In this document: in pieces, positions 1 through 7,570 of the stretch | How the letters are laid out: each line of letters opens with the position of its first letter | Numbering within the stretch: position 1 is the first letter of the stretch | Assembly: GCA_942492995.1 (NCBI GenBank) | Contig: OW818653.1 | Span: forward strand, 510,001 to 542,000 | Direction of reading: 5' to 3' | DNA: 32,000 nucleotides | Source: an uncultured Erysipelotrichaceae bacterium | Lineage (GTDB): Bacteria > Bacillota_I > Bacilli_A > Erysipelotrichales > Erysipelotrichaceae | Notes under the pieces: generated by a model | Told to the model about the DNA's origin: nothing | Databases searched by the model: none | Seen by the model: the letters and a program-made list of their open reading frames with translations, nothing else | Made by a program: the position numbers and the translations under genes

Positions 1-1
1 A

Positions 2-214
2 GCGGTTTATGGTGGTTATATCGGTATGTTTGACTGGGCAACTATTTGGCCAGTATTCACAGTTATTCTTAAATACGGCGGCTATTTTGGTGTAGCGATC
101 GTTGTAATTGGGATGTTACTTATCCCTCAAATTCAATATGCACGTAATAAAGAAACGTATTTCTTGATCACGGATGATTATGATGCATATGTTAAAAAAG
201 TAAATCAACAATAA
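2..214 (+). CDS. C-terminal fragment of a PTS EIIC permease, ascorbate (SgaT/UlaA) family; 5' end outside window
   Basis: Open frame runs from the window edge (frame of nt 2) to TAA 212-214. It has a hydrophobic TM-like tail (IWPVFTVILKYGGYFGVAIVVIGMLLIP) and sits directly upstream of a UlaB-type EIIB and ulaF/ulaE homologues. The family call is mostly contextual. Confidence 0.55.
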   Translation, partial: AVYGGYIGMFDWATIWPVFTVILKYGGYFGVAIVVIGMLLIPQIQYARNKETYFLITDDYDAYVKKVNQQ

Positions 215-244
215 AATTGTCAGAAATGACATGTGGAGGAAATT

Positions 245-547
245 ATGAAAGTAGTAGTATCGTGTGCAAATGGGGCTGGCACAAGTCTAATGATGAAGAT
301 GCGTGTAGAAAAAGCATTAAAAGAGTTAAATGTTCCAGTAACAAAAATCCATCATTGTTCAATCTCTGAAGGTAAGAGTACTGCGACTACTTACGACGTT
401 GTTTTCTGCCCTGCAAACTTTGTTTCAATGTTTAAAGACGCTGAAGCAAAGGGTGTCATTATTATTGGTATGAGAAACGTATTATCTGACGCTGAAGCGA
501 AAGAAAAAATTATTGCTAGTGGTATAATCGAGAAGTTTTGTGTGTAA
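245..547 (+). CDS. ulaB: PTS EIIB component, ascorbate type (UlaB/SgaB-like)
   Basis: ATG 245 is preceded by GGAGGA (235-240); the track start at 233 is a GTG inside that RBS. VVVSCANGAGTSLMMKMRV resembles the E. coli UlaB phospho-Cys loop (AVCGNGQGSSMIMKMKV as I recall it), and GMRNVLS resembles UlaB GVRNMLS. Confidence 0.85.
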   Translation: MKVVVSCANGAGTSLMMKMRVEKALKELNVPVTKIHHCSISEGKSTATTYDVVFCPANFVSMFKDAEAKGVIIIGMRNVLSDAEAKEKIIASGIIEKFCV

Positions 548-575
548 AATTTACCGGGATTCGTCCCGGTAAATT
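548..575 (+). promoter_or_regulatory. Intra-operon RNA hairpin: perfect 12-bp stem with TTCG loop
   Basis: AATTTACCGGGA (548-559), TTCG (560-563), TCCCGGTAAATT (564-575), starting one nt after the ulaB stop. It is followed by ACTTT rather than a long T-run, so at most a leaky terminator or an mRNA processing/stability element. Confidence 0.45.
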
Positions 576-591
576 ACTTTAAGAGGACGTT

Positions 592-1620
592 ATGGAAATT
601 ACAAAAATTAAATTAGATGATTTATATCGTTGTTATAGTACGATGGCGATGGAACTAGACAAAGACTTGCATTTATTTTATGCAAGTGAAGAAAAGGGAT
701 ATCCATGTTACGCATTTTCAGGAGAGAATTTTAGTGAAAAGAAAGTAGTTTGGGAGAATGGTGGTGGAACCATGTCAATGATTCCAGTTCCTAATCGTAA
801 AAATGAATTCTTTGCGGTGATGGATTTTTATCTAAAAGAAACTCCTAGTCAAGCTAAACTAATATGGGTTAAATACTCAAAAGAAAATGGATTTGTACAA
901 AAAGATCTATTCTATTTACCTTATTTACATCGTTTTGATCTATTTGAAGTTAATGATGAATTGTATTTTCTTGGCGCTACAATCGCAGAGAAAAAAGAAC
1001 ATAAAGAAGATTGGACATATCCAGGAAAAATCTATGTTTCGAAATGTCCGAAAGACTTTAATGATAAATTTGAGTTAGATATTATTTATGAAGGATTAAC
1101 ACGTAATCATGGGTACTGTCGTTCAAAAACACATAATGGTGGATACTTTTCTTCTGATAACGGAATTATGAAAGTAAGTGCTCCATTAACTGAAAAAGAT
1201 GAATGGAAAGTTGAAAAAATACAAGACGGACAATTTAGTGAAATCGCATTTTCGGATATCAATAATGACGGAATAGATGAAATGTTAACGATTGAACCGT
1301 TTCATGGGAATTCAATTAAGTTATATCAATTACAAGATGATGAATATAAAGAAATATACGATTATCCATATGAAATCGACTTTGCGCATACACTAATTGG
1401 GACAAAAATATTTGATCATAATTGCTTTATTGGGGGAATTAGACGAATAAATCCAGATCTATTCTTAATGGAGTATATCGATAACCAAGTTAAATTAACG
1501 ATAATCGATCAAGGTGTAGGTCCAGCAAACTGTAATCTATATTCTAATAAGGATATTACATTAATTCATTCAGCGAATCATACACAAAATCATGCGGCTG
1601 TTTATATAGTGAAAAAGTAG
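592..1620 (+). CDS. Uncharacterised cytosolic protein (342 aa), possibly beta-propeller/FG-GAP-like; function unknown
   Basis: ATG 592 with RBS AAGAGGA (581-587), 342-aa ORF, no signal peptide or TM segment. One clear DxNxDGxD Ca-binding-type motif (SDINNDGIDEM) as in FG-GAP/VCBS repeats. No metallo-beta-lactamase HxHxDH motif. Embedded between ulaB and ulaF. Confidence 0.75.
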   Translation: MEITKIKLDDLYRCYSTMAMELDKDLHLFYASEEKGYPCYAFSGENFSEKKVVWENGGGTMSMIPVPNRKNEFFAVMDFYLKETPSQAKLIWVKYSKENGFVQKDLFYLPYLHRFDLFEVNDELYFLGATIAEKKEHKEDWTYPGKIYVSKCPKDFNDKFELDIIYEGLTRNHGYCRSKTHNGGYFSSDNGIMKVSAPLTEKDEWKVEKIQDGQFSEIAFSDINNDGIDEMLTIEPFHGNSIKLYQLQDDEYKEIYDYPYEIDFAHTLIGTKIFDHNCFIGGIRRINPDLFLMEYIDNQVKLTIIDQGVGPANCNLYSNKDITLIHSANHTQNHAAVYIVKK

Positions 1621-1628
1621 GTGAAATC

Positions 1629-2318
1629 ATGTTAGAGGAACTAAAACAAGCTGTATTAGACGCAAATTTATGTTTACCTAAATTTGGTTTAGTTGTATTT
1701 ACATGGGGAAATGTATCCGCAATTGATGCGAGTGGTAAATATGTTGCGATAAAACCATCAGGTGTTGAATACGATGAACTCAAAAGAGATGATATTGTAA
1801 TTCTTGACCTTGAAGGAAATATTATTGAGGGAACACTTAAACCAAGTAGTGATACTCCAACTCATTTAGAATTGTATCGTAACTTTCCTGAGATTAAAGG
1901 AATTGTACATACACATTCACGATGGGCTACAATCTTTTCTCAAGCAAAACTTGATTTAAACCCAATTGGGACAACCCATGCGGATTATTTTTATGGAAAA
2001 ATCCCTTGTACACGATTAATGAATCAAAATGAAATTGAAAATGATTATGAACTAAATACCGGTAAAGTAATTGTAGAAACATTCAAAAATATAGATCCGA
2101 TGCAAGTTCCAGCTGTACTTGTTGCGAGTCATGGACCATTCACGTGGGGTAAATCTGCGATGGATGCGGTTCATCAAGCGGTCGTATTAGAAGAGATTGC
2201 GATGATGAATTGGCATGCGATGATGGCGAATAATCAATTAGGTTCGATGCAACCAAAATTACTTGATAAACATTTTTTACGTAAACATGGAAAGAATGCT
2301 TATTATGGACAGAAATAA
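1629..2318 (+). CDS. ulaF: L-ribulose-5-phosphate 4-epimerase (class II aldolase fold; UlaF/AraD/SgbE family)
   Basis: RBS AGGTG upstream of ATG 1629. Near-colinear with E. coli UlaF as I recall it: FTWGNVSAID, PSSDTPTHLELYR, GIVHTHS, TTHADYF(Y)G, and an identical C-terminus NAYYGQK. Confidence 0.92.
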   Translation: MLEELKQAVLDANLCLPKFGLVVFTWGNVSAIDASGKYVAIKPSGVEYDELKRDDIVILDLEGNIIEGTLKPSSDTPTHLELYRNFPEIKGIVHTHSRWATIFSQAKLDLNPIGTTHADYFYGKIPCTRLMNQNEIENDYELNTGKVIVETFKNIDPMQVPAVLVASHGPFTWGKSAMDAVHQAVVLEEIAMMNWHAMMANNQLGSMQPKLLDKHFLRKHGKNAYYGQK

Positions 2319-3156
2319 TAAATATTTATTAGGTTGTTACGAAAAGGCGATGCCTAATCAATTGAGTTTAAAAGAGAAACTATATTACGCTAAATCATGT
2401 AACTATGATTATTTTGAAATAAGTATTGATGAAACGGATGAAAAACTAAATCGTTTAGATTATTTGGATGAACAAATCAATCAACTAAAAATGGATATGA
2501 TTGAGTTAAACATTCCAATTTTAACAATGTGTTTAAGTGGTCATCGTAAATATCCGCTTGGTAGTCATGATTTTAATATCCAAAATAAATCACTTGAGAT
2601 AATGGAAAAAGCGTGTATCTTAGCGTTTAAATTGGGCATTAGAATTATTCAACTTGCTGGTTATGATGTATACTATGAAAATCATGATGAACTTACACAG
2701 AAGGCATTTGAATTGAATTTAAAACAATGTGTAAATATTGCGTCGAATTACGGAATACTTCTTGGTTTCGAAACCATGGAAACACCATTTATGGACACTG
2801 TCTCAAAAGCGATGCATTATGTAAACATGATTAATTCGCCTTATTTAAATGTTTATCCAGATTTAGGTAATTTAACAAATGCGAGCAGAATCTATCAAAA
2901 ACCAATCGATTTAGATATTTATACTGGAAATGGTAAGATAATTGCGGCACATTTAAAGGAAGTTATTGAAGGACATTATCGTGAAATTCCATTTGGGACA
3001 GGGGATACACAGTATGATCTTGCGATTAATATTCTGCAAAAAATGGGAGTAAGATTGTATACAGCTGAATTTTGGAATGTTGGGAATGAAAAATGGCAGG
3101 ATGATTTAATTTTTGCGAATCATTATCTTCGTGATAAATTAGCGAGATATTATTAA
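2305..3156 (+). CDS. ulaE: L-xylulose-5-phosphate (L-ribulose-5-P) 3-epimerase, UlaE/SgbU family (xylose-isomerase-like TIM barrel)
   Basis: LGCYEKAMP, ISIDETDEKLNRLD, RIIQLAGYDVYY and YPDLGNL parallel E. coli UlaE (LGIYEKALP, MSVDETDERLSRLD, RVIQLAGYDVYY, YPDIGNL). The track start 2263 is a TTG extension. ATG 2305 gives the homologous N-terminus and overlaps the ulaF stop; 2287 and 2296 are alternative ATGs. Confidence 0.88.
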   Translation: MDRNNKYLLGCYEKAMPNQLSLKEKLYYAKSCNYDYFEISIDETDEKLNRLDYLDEQINQLKMDMIELNIPILTMCLSGHRKYPLGSHDFNIQNKSLEIMEKACILAFKLGIRIIQLAGYDVYYENHDELTQKAFELNLKQCVNIASNYGILLGFETMETPFMDTVSKAMHYVNMINSPYLNVYPDLGNLTNASRIYQKPIDLDIYTGNGKIIAAHLKEVIEGHYREIPFGTGDTQYDLAINILQKMGVRLYTAEFWNVGNEKWQDDLIFANHYLRDKLARYY

Positions 3157-3197
3157 TGCTTTCATATATAATATAAGATGTAAATTAGGAGAGAACT

Positions 3198-4013
3198 ATG
3201 TTATCAAATCAAGAGCTTTCGGTCATCGCTAAACGCATACGTCGAAATGTCATCAAAATGGTTACTGAAGCTAAATCAGGACATATTGGTGGTGCTTTTT
3301 CTGCGACTGAAATAGCGGTTTCGTTATATTTTAATGAAATGAATATAACAAAGGATAATTTAACAGATTTAAATCGTGATAAATTTGTATTATCAAAAGG
3401 ACATGCGTCGGCTTTATTGTTCGCAGTCTTATGTGAAAAAGGATTCTTACCAGAAGAAGAACTTCTAACGTTTAGAAAGATTAATTCACGTTTACAAGGT
3501 CATCCAAATATGAATTATGTTCAAGGTGTAGATATGTCTACAGGATCACTTGGACAAGGTTTATCGACTGCGGTCGGGATGGCGTTATCGTATAAAATTC
3601 ATAAACAAGACTTTAGAGTGTATTCAGTTGTTGGGGATGGTGAAAGTGAAGAAGGCCAAATCTGGGAAGCAGCAATGGCAGCAGCTCACTTTAAATTAGA
3701 CAACTTATGTGCTGTATTAGATATGAATGGTTTACAAATTGATGGAGATGTGACAGTAGTAATGAATCCATTCCCGCTTGATGAAAAGTTTGCGGCATTT
3801 GGATGGCATGTCATTAAAGTTGATGGTCATGATTATGATCAATTACAAAGTGCATATGCTGAAGCGCGTACTGTTAAAGGTAAACCTACAATGATTATTG
3901 CTCGTACGGTTAAAGGTAAGGGTGTCAGCTTTATGGAGAATGATTATATGTGGCATGGTGTTGCGCCAACCCCTGAACAAGCTGCAGCAGCATTAAAGGA
4001 ATTGGAGGACTAA
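3198..4013 (+). CDS. Transketolase, N-terminal (TPP-binding) subunit of a split transketolase
   Basis: RBS AGGAGAG. SGHIGGAFS and GDGESEEGQIWEA (the GDG-x-EG thiamine-diphosphate motif). The 271-aa size is typical of the split form. Confidence 0.92.
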   Translation: MLSNQELSVIAKRIRRNVIKMVTEAKSGHIGGAFSATEIAVSLYFNEMNITKDNLTDLNRDKFVLSKGHASALLFAVLCEKGFLPEEELLTFRKINSRLQGHPNMNYVQGVDMSTGSLGQGLSTAVGMALSYKIHKQDFRVYSVVGDGESEEGQIWEAAMAAAHFKLDNLCAVLDMNGLQIDGDVTVVMNPFPLDEKFAAFGWHVIKVDGHDYDQLQSAYAEARTVKGKPTMIIARTVKGKGVSFMENDYMWHGVAPTPEQAAAALKELED

Positions 4014-4015
4014 TC

Positions 4016-4942
4016 ATGGCAAAAATGGCAACTCGTGAAGCGTATGGTAAAGCACTCGCTCAATTAATATTAGAAGATCCAAAAATTGTTGTATTGGATG
4101 CGGATTTAAGTAAATCTACTAAGACAGCAGACGCTAAAGCTGTTTGTCCTGAACGTCATTATAACGTTGGGATTGCGGAAGGGAATATGATGGGAATAGC
4201 GGCTGGTTTAGCAAGCTGTGGAAATACTGTATTTGCTAGTTCTTTCGCAATGTTCGCAACAGGACGTGCATATGAACAAGTACGTAACTCAATTGGATAC
4301 ACACATTTAAATGTTAAGATTTGTGCGACACATGCTGGGATTACTCTTGGTGAAGATGGTGCAAGTCATCAATCCATTGAAGATATCGCTCTTATGCGTG
4401 CAATTCCAGGAATGACAGTTATCCAACCAAGTGATGATATTGAAACTAAACAAGTTATCCGTGCGATTACTCAATTCAATGGACCTTGTTATGTACGTTT
4501 AGGACGTTCAGCTGTAGATACAGTTAATTCAGAAGATTATGTATTTGAACTAGGTAAAGGTGTTGTATTACGTAAAGGTAACGATATAACCTTAATCGCA
4601 ACAGGTATGATGGTTCAACAAGCTCTTATTGCGGCTAATACATTAAGTGAACAAGGAATTGAAGTAAATGTAATAAACATTCACACAATTAAACCTCTTG
4701 ATGAAGCACTTATTCTTGAATACGCAAAGAAATCTAAACTCGTTGTGACATGTGAAGAACATTCAAAATTCGGTGGATTAGGCTCTGCGGTAGCGGAAAC
4801 ATTAAGTAAAAATCATCCAACAAAAATGGCGATGGTTGCGGTTAATGATACATTCGGCGAAAGTGGAACTCCAAATGCATTGATTGAAAAATATGGCTTA
4901 ACTGGAAAAGATATTGTAAAAACTGTTTTAGAATCAATTTAA
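4016..4942 (+). CDS. Transketolase, C-terminal (pyrimidine-binding/C-terminal domain) subunit
   Basis: GGAGGA RBS, start 3 nt after the N-subunit stop. GIAEGNMMGIAAGLA, EDGASHQSIEDIALMR and the C-terminal domain are typical of TktB-type split transketolase. Confidence 0.92.
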   Translation: MAKMATREAYGKALAQLILEDPKIVVLDADLSKSTKTADAKAVCPERHYNVGIAEGNMMGIAAGLASCGNTVFASSFAMFATGRAYEQVRNSIGYTHLNVKICATHAGITLGEDGASHQSIEDIALMRAIPGMTVIQPSDDIETKQVIRAITQFNGPCYVRLGRSAVDTVNSEDYVFELGKGVVLRKGNDITLIATGMMVQQALIAANTLSEQGIEVNVINIHTIKPLDEALILEYAKKSKLVVTCEEHSKFGGLGSAVAETLSKNHPTKMAMVAVNDTFGESGTPNALIEKYGLTGKDIVKTVLESI

Positions 4943-4966
4943 CCCTGATATTCAGGGTTTTTTATT
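4941..4966 (+). terminator. Rho-independent terminator of the ula-type/transketolase operon
   Basis: AACCCTGA-TAT-TCAGGGTT stem-loop overlapping the stop codon, followed by TTTTT. Confidence 0.75.
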
Positions 4967-5004
4967 GCATAAAAATTGTAAGTTCATTAAATTCAGTTTA
5001 TATT
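4965..5004 (+). promoter_or_regulatory. Candidate sigma-A promoter(s) for the B12-binding/ABC operon
   Basis: Two overlapping candidates: TTGCAT (4965-4970)-17 nt-TAAATT (4988-4993), and TTGTAA (4976-4981)-17 nt-TATATT (4999-5004). AT-rich context, so chance matches are likely. Confidence 0.3.
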
Positions 5005-5025
5005 AATAATAGTTAACATTATTAA
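5003..5025. promoter_or_regulatory. Near-perfect AT-rich palindrome (possible operator) between candidate -10 and RBS
   Basis: TTAATAAT-AGTTAAC-ATTATTAA: 8-bp perfect arms around a centre containing GTTAAC. Confidence 0.25.
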
Positions 5026-5046
5026 TTAAATTAAAAAGGAGAATAT

Positions 5047-5679
5047 ATGGAACTATATACTGAGTTCTATTCAGCGTTTGAGAAACTTGAACAAGAGAAA
5101 TGCATAAAATTGGCGCATGATGCATTAAAAAACGGGGATATTGATGTATATGATTTGTATGAATCTGTATTACGTAAATCATTAGCGAATCTGACAGACA
5201 TTGAAACGGATTTAAATCATAAGATATGGAAAGAACATATTCAATCTGGAATTGTTCGTACTATCATTGAACAAGCAAATCCATATGTATTGAGTAAACG
5301 TAACAATACTTTATTATTAAAAGCCGCAGTTATTTGTCCTGATGGTGAACAACATGAATTAGGTGCACGAATGGTAAGTGATTATATCCGAATGATGGGA
5401 TATGAGACTTTTTTTGTGGGAAGAGATACACCGAGAGATGAAATACATGATCTTATCGAAACACTTAAACTAGATGTAGTTGCGATAAGCGTTACAAATT
5501 ACTACAACTTATCAAAAGCATTACAAATGGTTCAAGATATAAAACAGAATTTTCCAACAATAAAATTAATCGTTGGAGGTAGAGGATTAGATGTCAATTC
5601 TGAAGCGTTTCATGAGATTGGCGTTGATGTGACACGAAGTTTTGAAGACATTCAACGTGTTTTGGGGACTAATCTATGA
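5047..5679 (+). CDS. Stand-alone cobalamin (B12)-binding domain protein (helical cap + Rossmann B12-binding domain), no DNA-binding or catalytic domain
   Basis: RBS AAGGAG. Exact canonical B12 motif spacing: E101-x-H103-x-x-G106, 41 residues, S148-V-T150, 26 residues, G177-G178 (classical DxHxxG-41-SxL-26/28-GG). The preceding ~90 aa helical region matches the B12-binding_2 cap position. The stop overlaps the next ATG (ATGA at 5676-5679). Confidence 0.85.
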   Translation: MELYTEFYSAFEKLEQEKCIKLAHDALKNGDIDVYDLYESVLRKSLANLTDIETDLNHKIWKEHIQSGIVRTIIEQANPYVLSKRNNTLLLKAAVICPDGEQHELGARMVSDYIRMMGYETFFVGRDTPRDEIHDLIETLKLDVVAISVTNYYNLSKALQMVQDIKQNFPTIKLIVGGRGLDVNSEAFHEIGVDVTRSFEDIQRVLGTNL

Positions 5680-6809
5680 AATTAGCGTTTTCGATCGCAA
5701 AGCGATTCATTGGTTACAACAAAGGTCAAACAATAATGATTATGGTTGGTATAGCAATTGGAGTCTCTGTACAAATATTTATCGGATTATTGATTACAGG
5801 ACTACAAGAAAGTTTAATTGATAAGACTGTAGGCAGCACACCACATATCACAATCACACAAGAAGAGGATTTAAACTTCGGTGATTTCGAAGTAAAAAAC
5901 GATTCTTATACAGCGGTTGTTTATCAAGCTGATGGACCAGCATTTGCCATTAGCGATAATGATGATGCGTCTGTTTTATTAAGAGGGTTAAGTTCTGAAG
6001 GGGATAAGATTTACAAATTAAACGAAAAGCTTATTGAAGGGAAACTTCCATCCAATAAAAATGATGTCATTATTGGTTCGGGTTTAGTAGAAAAATTAAA
6101 CGTAAAATTAAATGATACTCTTACACTTAGAACAATCAATAATCAAACGGTTGATGTACGAATTGTAGGAATTGTGGATCTAAAGGTAGATGCGATAAAC
6201 AATACGTGGATACTATCTACTCTACCAACAGCGCAAAGTCTATTCGAGTATGACGATAAGATAACATCAATAGCGATACAAGTAAAAGATGTATTCGAAG
6301 CAGATGTATTAGCTGAAGCGATAAAAGATGAAATTACAGTTAGCGATTTAAATGTTGTGAACTGGAAAGAACAAAATGATGATTTATTGAGTGGATTAAA
6401 TGGTCAAAGTATCTCGAGCATTATGATTCAAGTGTTTGTATTAGTTTCAGTAGTATTAGGTATAGCAAGTGTATTAGCAATTACAGTACTACAAAAATCT
6501 AAACAAATAGGTATCTTAAAAGCAATGGGGATTCCAGATAATACAGCGAGCTGGATATTCTTATTTCAAGGTTTAATTCTAGGATTCTATGGAGCTATCT
6601 TAGGTGTATTGTTTGGATTGGGATTAATTATTTCGTTTACAACATTTGCTAGAAATCCTGATGGGACAGCATTAATCGCAATTAGATATGATATTCCATT
6701 CATTCTATTTTCTGGATCAATCGCTATATTCTCAGCATTAATCGCATCATTTATACCGGCTGCACGTTCTAAGAAACTAAGCCCAATTGAGGTCATTCGC
6801 AATGGATAA
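5676..6809 (+). CDS. ABC transporter permease, FtsX/MacB fold, LolC/E-like (377 aa)
   Basis: N-terminal TM (IMIMVGIAIGVSVQIFIGLLI), ~210-aa extracytoplasmic domain beginning GSTPHITI (LolC/E-like), then three C-terminal TMs (FtsX domain). Confidence 0.88.
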   Translation: MKLAFSIAKRFIGYNKGQTIMIMVGIAIGVSVQIFIGLLITGLQESLIDKTVGSTPHITITQEEDLNFGDFEVKNDSYTAVVYQADGPAFAISDNDDASVLLRGLSSEGDKIYKLNEKLIEGKLPSNKNDVIIGSGLVEKLNVKLNDTLTLRTINNQTVDVRIVGIVDLKVDAINNTWILSTLPTAQSLFEYDDKITSIAIQVKDVFEADVLAEAIKDEITVSDLNVVNWKEQNDDLLSGLNGQSISSIMIQVFVLVSVVLGIASVLAITVLQKSKQIGILKAMGIPDNTASWIFLFQGLILGFYGAILGVLFGLGLIISFTTFARNPDGTALIAIRYDIPFILFSGSIAIFSALIASFIPAARSKKLSPIEVIRNG

Positions 6810-7497
6810 TATTGTTCAACTTAAGAATATTACAAAAGTTTATGGAGATAAGATTAAGACCCAAGTTCTATTTGGTTTGAATCTTGAGTTTGAAAAAGGT
6901 AGTTTTAATTCGATTATCGGACAATCTGGAAGTGGCAAAAGTACATTATTGAATATCTTGGGTACGTTAGATGTTCCGACTGATGGTGAGATAATTATAA
7001 ATGGTGTAAATACGAAATCGATGAATCGTAACCAGTTAGCGAAATTAAGAAATGAATCATTAGGGTTTATATTCCAATTTCATTACTTATTACCTGAATT
7101 TACCGCATTGGAGAATGTTTTGATGCCGTATCGAATATTGGGTAAGAAAATCGATGAGAGTGTACTAGAGCGCGCAAATGAATTGATTGATTTAGTTGGT
7201 TTGACAAAAGTCAAAAACAATCTTGCGACGCAAATGTCTGGTGGTCAACAACAACGTACCGCCATTGCTCGATCACTCATGAATAATCCAAGTATAATTC
7301 TAGCGGATGAACCAACAGGTAATCTTGATTCAGATACAACAGCGCAAATTTATGATTTAATGCGTACCATAAATAAGAAATATAATACAACGTTTATTAT
7401 AATTACACATGATCAACATGTAGCAGAGCGCACAGATCGTATCATTGAAATTAAAGATGGAAGGATATTATTGGATATTAGAAAGAATAATGATTGA
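6802..7497 (+). CDS. ABC transporter ATP-binding protein, LolD/MacB-NBD-like
   Basis: ATG 6802 overlaps the permease stop (ATGGATAA), RBS GAGGT 6788-6792. Walker A GQSGSGKST, signature MSGGQQQR, Walker B IILADEPT, H-loop ITHD. Confidence 0.92.
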   Translation: MDNIVQLKNITKVYGDKIKTQVLFGLNLEFEKGSFNSIIGQSGSGKSTLLNILGTLDVPTDGEIIINGVNTKSMNRNQLAKLRNESLGFIFQFHYLLPEFTALENVLMPYRILGKKIDESVLERANELIDLVGLTKVKNNLATQMSGGQQQRTAIARSLMNNPSIILADEPTGNLDSDTTAQIYDLMRTINKKYNTTFIIITHDQHVAERTDRIIEIKDGRILLDIRKNND

Positions 7498-7520
7498 ATT
7501 TGATTGATATTGATTGAAAT
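7491..7520 (+). repeat. Three tandem 10-bp direct repeats TGATTGAWWT upstream of the fru promoter (candidate FruR/DeoR operator array)
   Basis: TGATTGAATT / TGATTGATAT / TGATTGAAAT at 7491, 7501 and 7511. Exact 10-bp phasing; the first copy overlaps the upstream stop codon. Confidence 0.6.
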
Positions 7521-7533
7521 TTAAAGAATGTGC

Positions 7534-7562
7534 TTGACATATTCTTTTTATTTTGTAATATA
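7534..7562 (+). promoter_or_regulatory. Sigma-A promoter of the fructose PTS operon
   Basis: Perfect -35 TTGACA (7534-7539), 16-nt spacer, TG-adjacent -10 TAATAT (7556-7561). Confidence 0.65.
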
Positions 7563-7570
7563 TAAGTATA

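Noticed and set aside
887-1078. 63-aa plus-strand ORF in another frame inside the 592-1620 CDS
   Set aside because: It is nested out of frame in a longer ORF that has a proper RBS. Its Ile/Leu/Lys-rich translation is typical of off-frame AT-rich sequence.
1556-1783. 75-aa minus-strand ORF spanning the junction of the unknown gene and ulaF
   Set aside because: It overlaps two well-supported plus-strand CDSs and has no RBS or motif.
2263-2304. TTG-initiated extension of ulaE overlapping ulaF by 56 nt (and the GTG 233 extension of ulaB)
   Set aside because: Homology to E. coli UlaE begins at MDRNNKYLLGCYEKA (ATG 2305). For ulaB, GTG 233 lies within the GGAGGA RBS that serves ATG 245.
4943-5046. 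Looked for a cobalamin riboswitch upstream of the B12-binding protein operon
   Set aside because: The intergenic region is only 104 nt and is extremely AT-rich. It has no B12-box-like element and no room for the ~200-nt aptamer.
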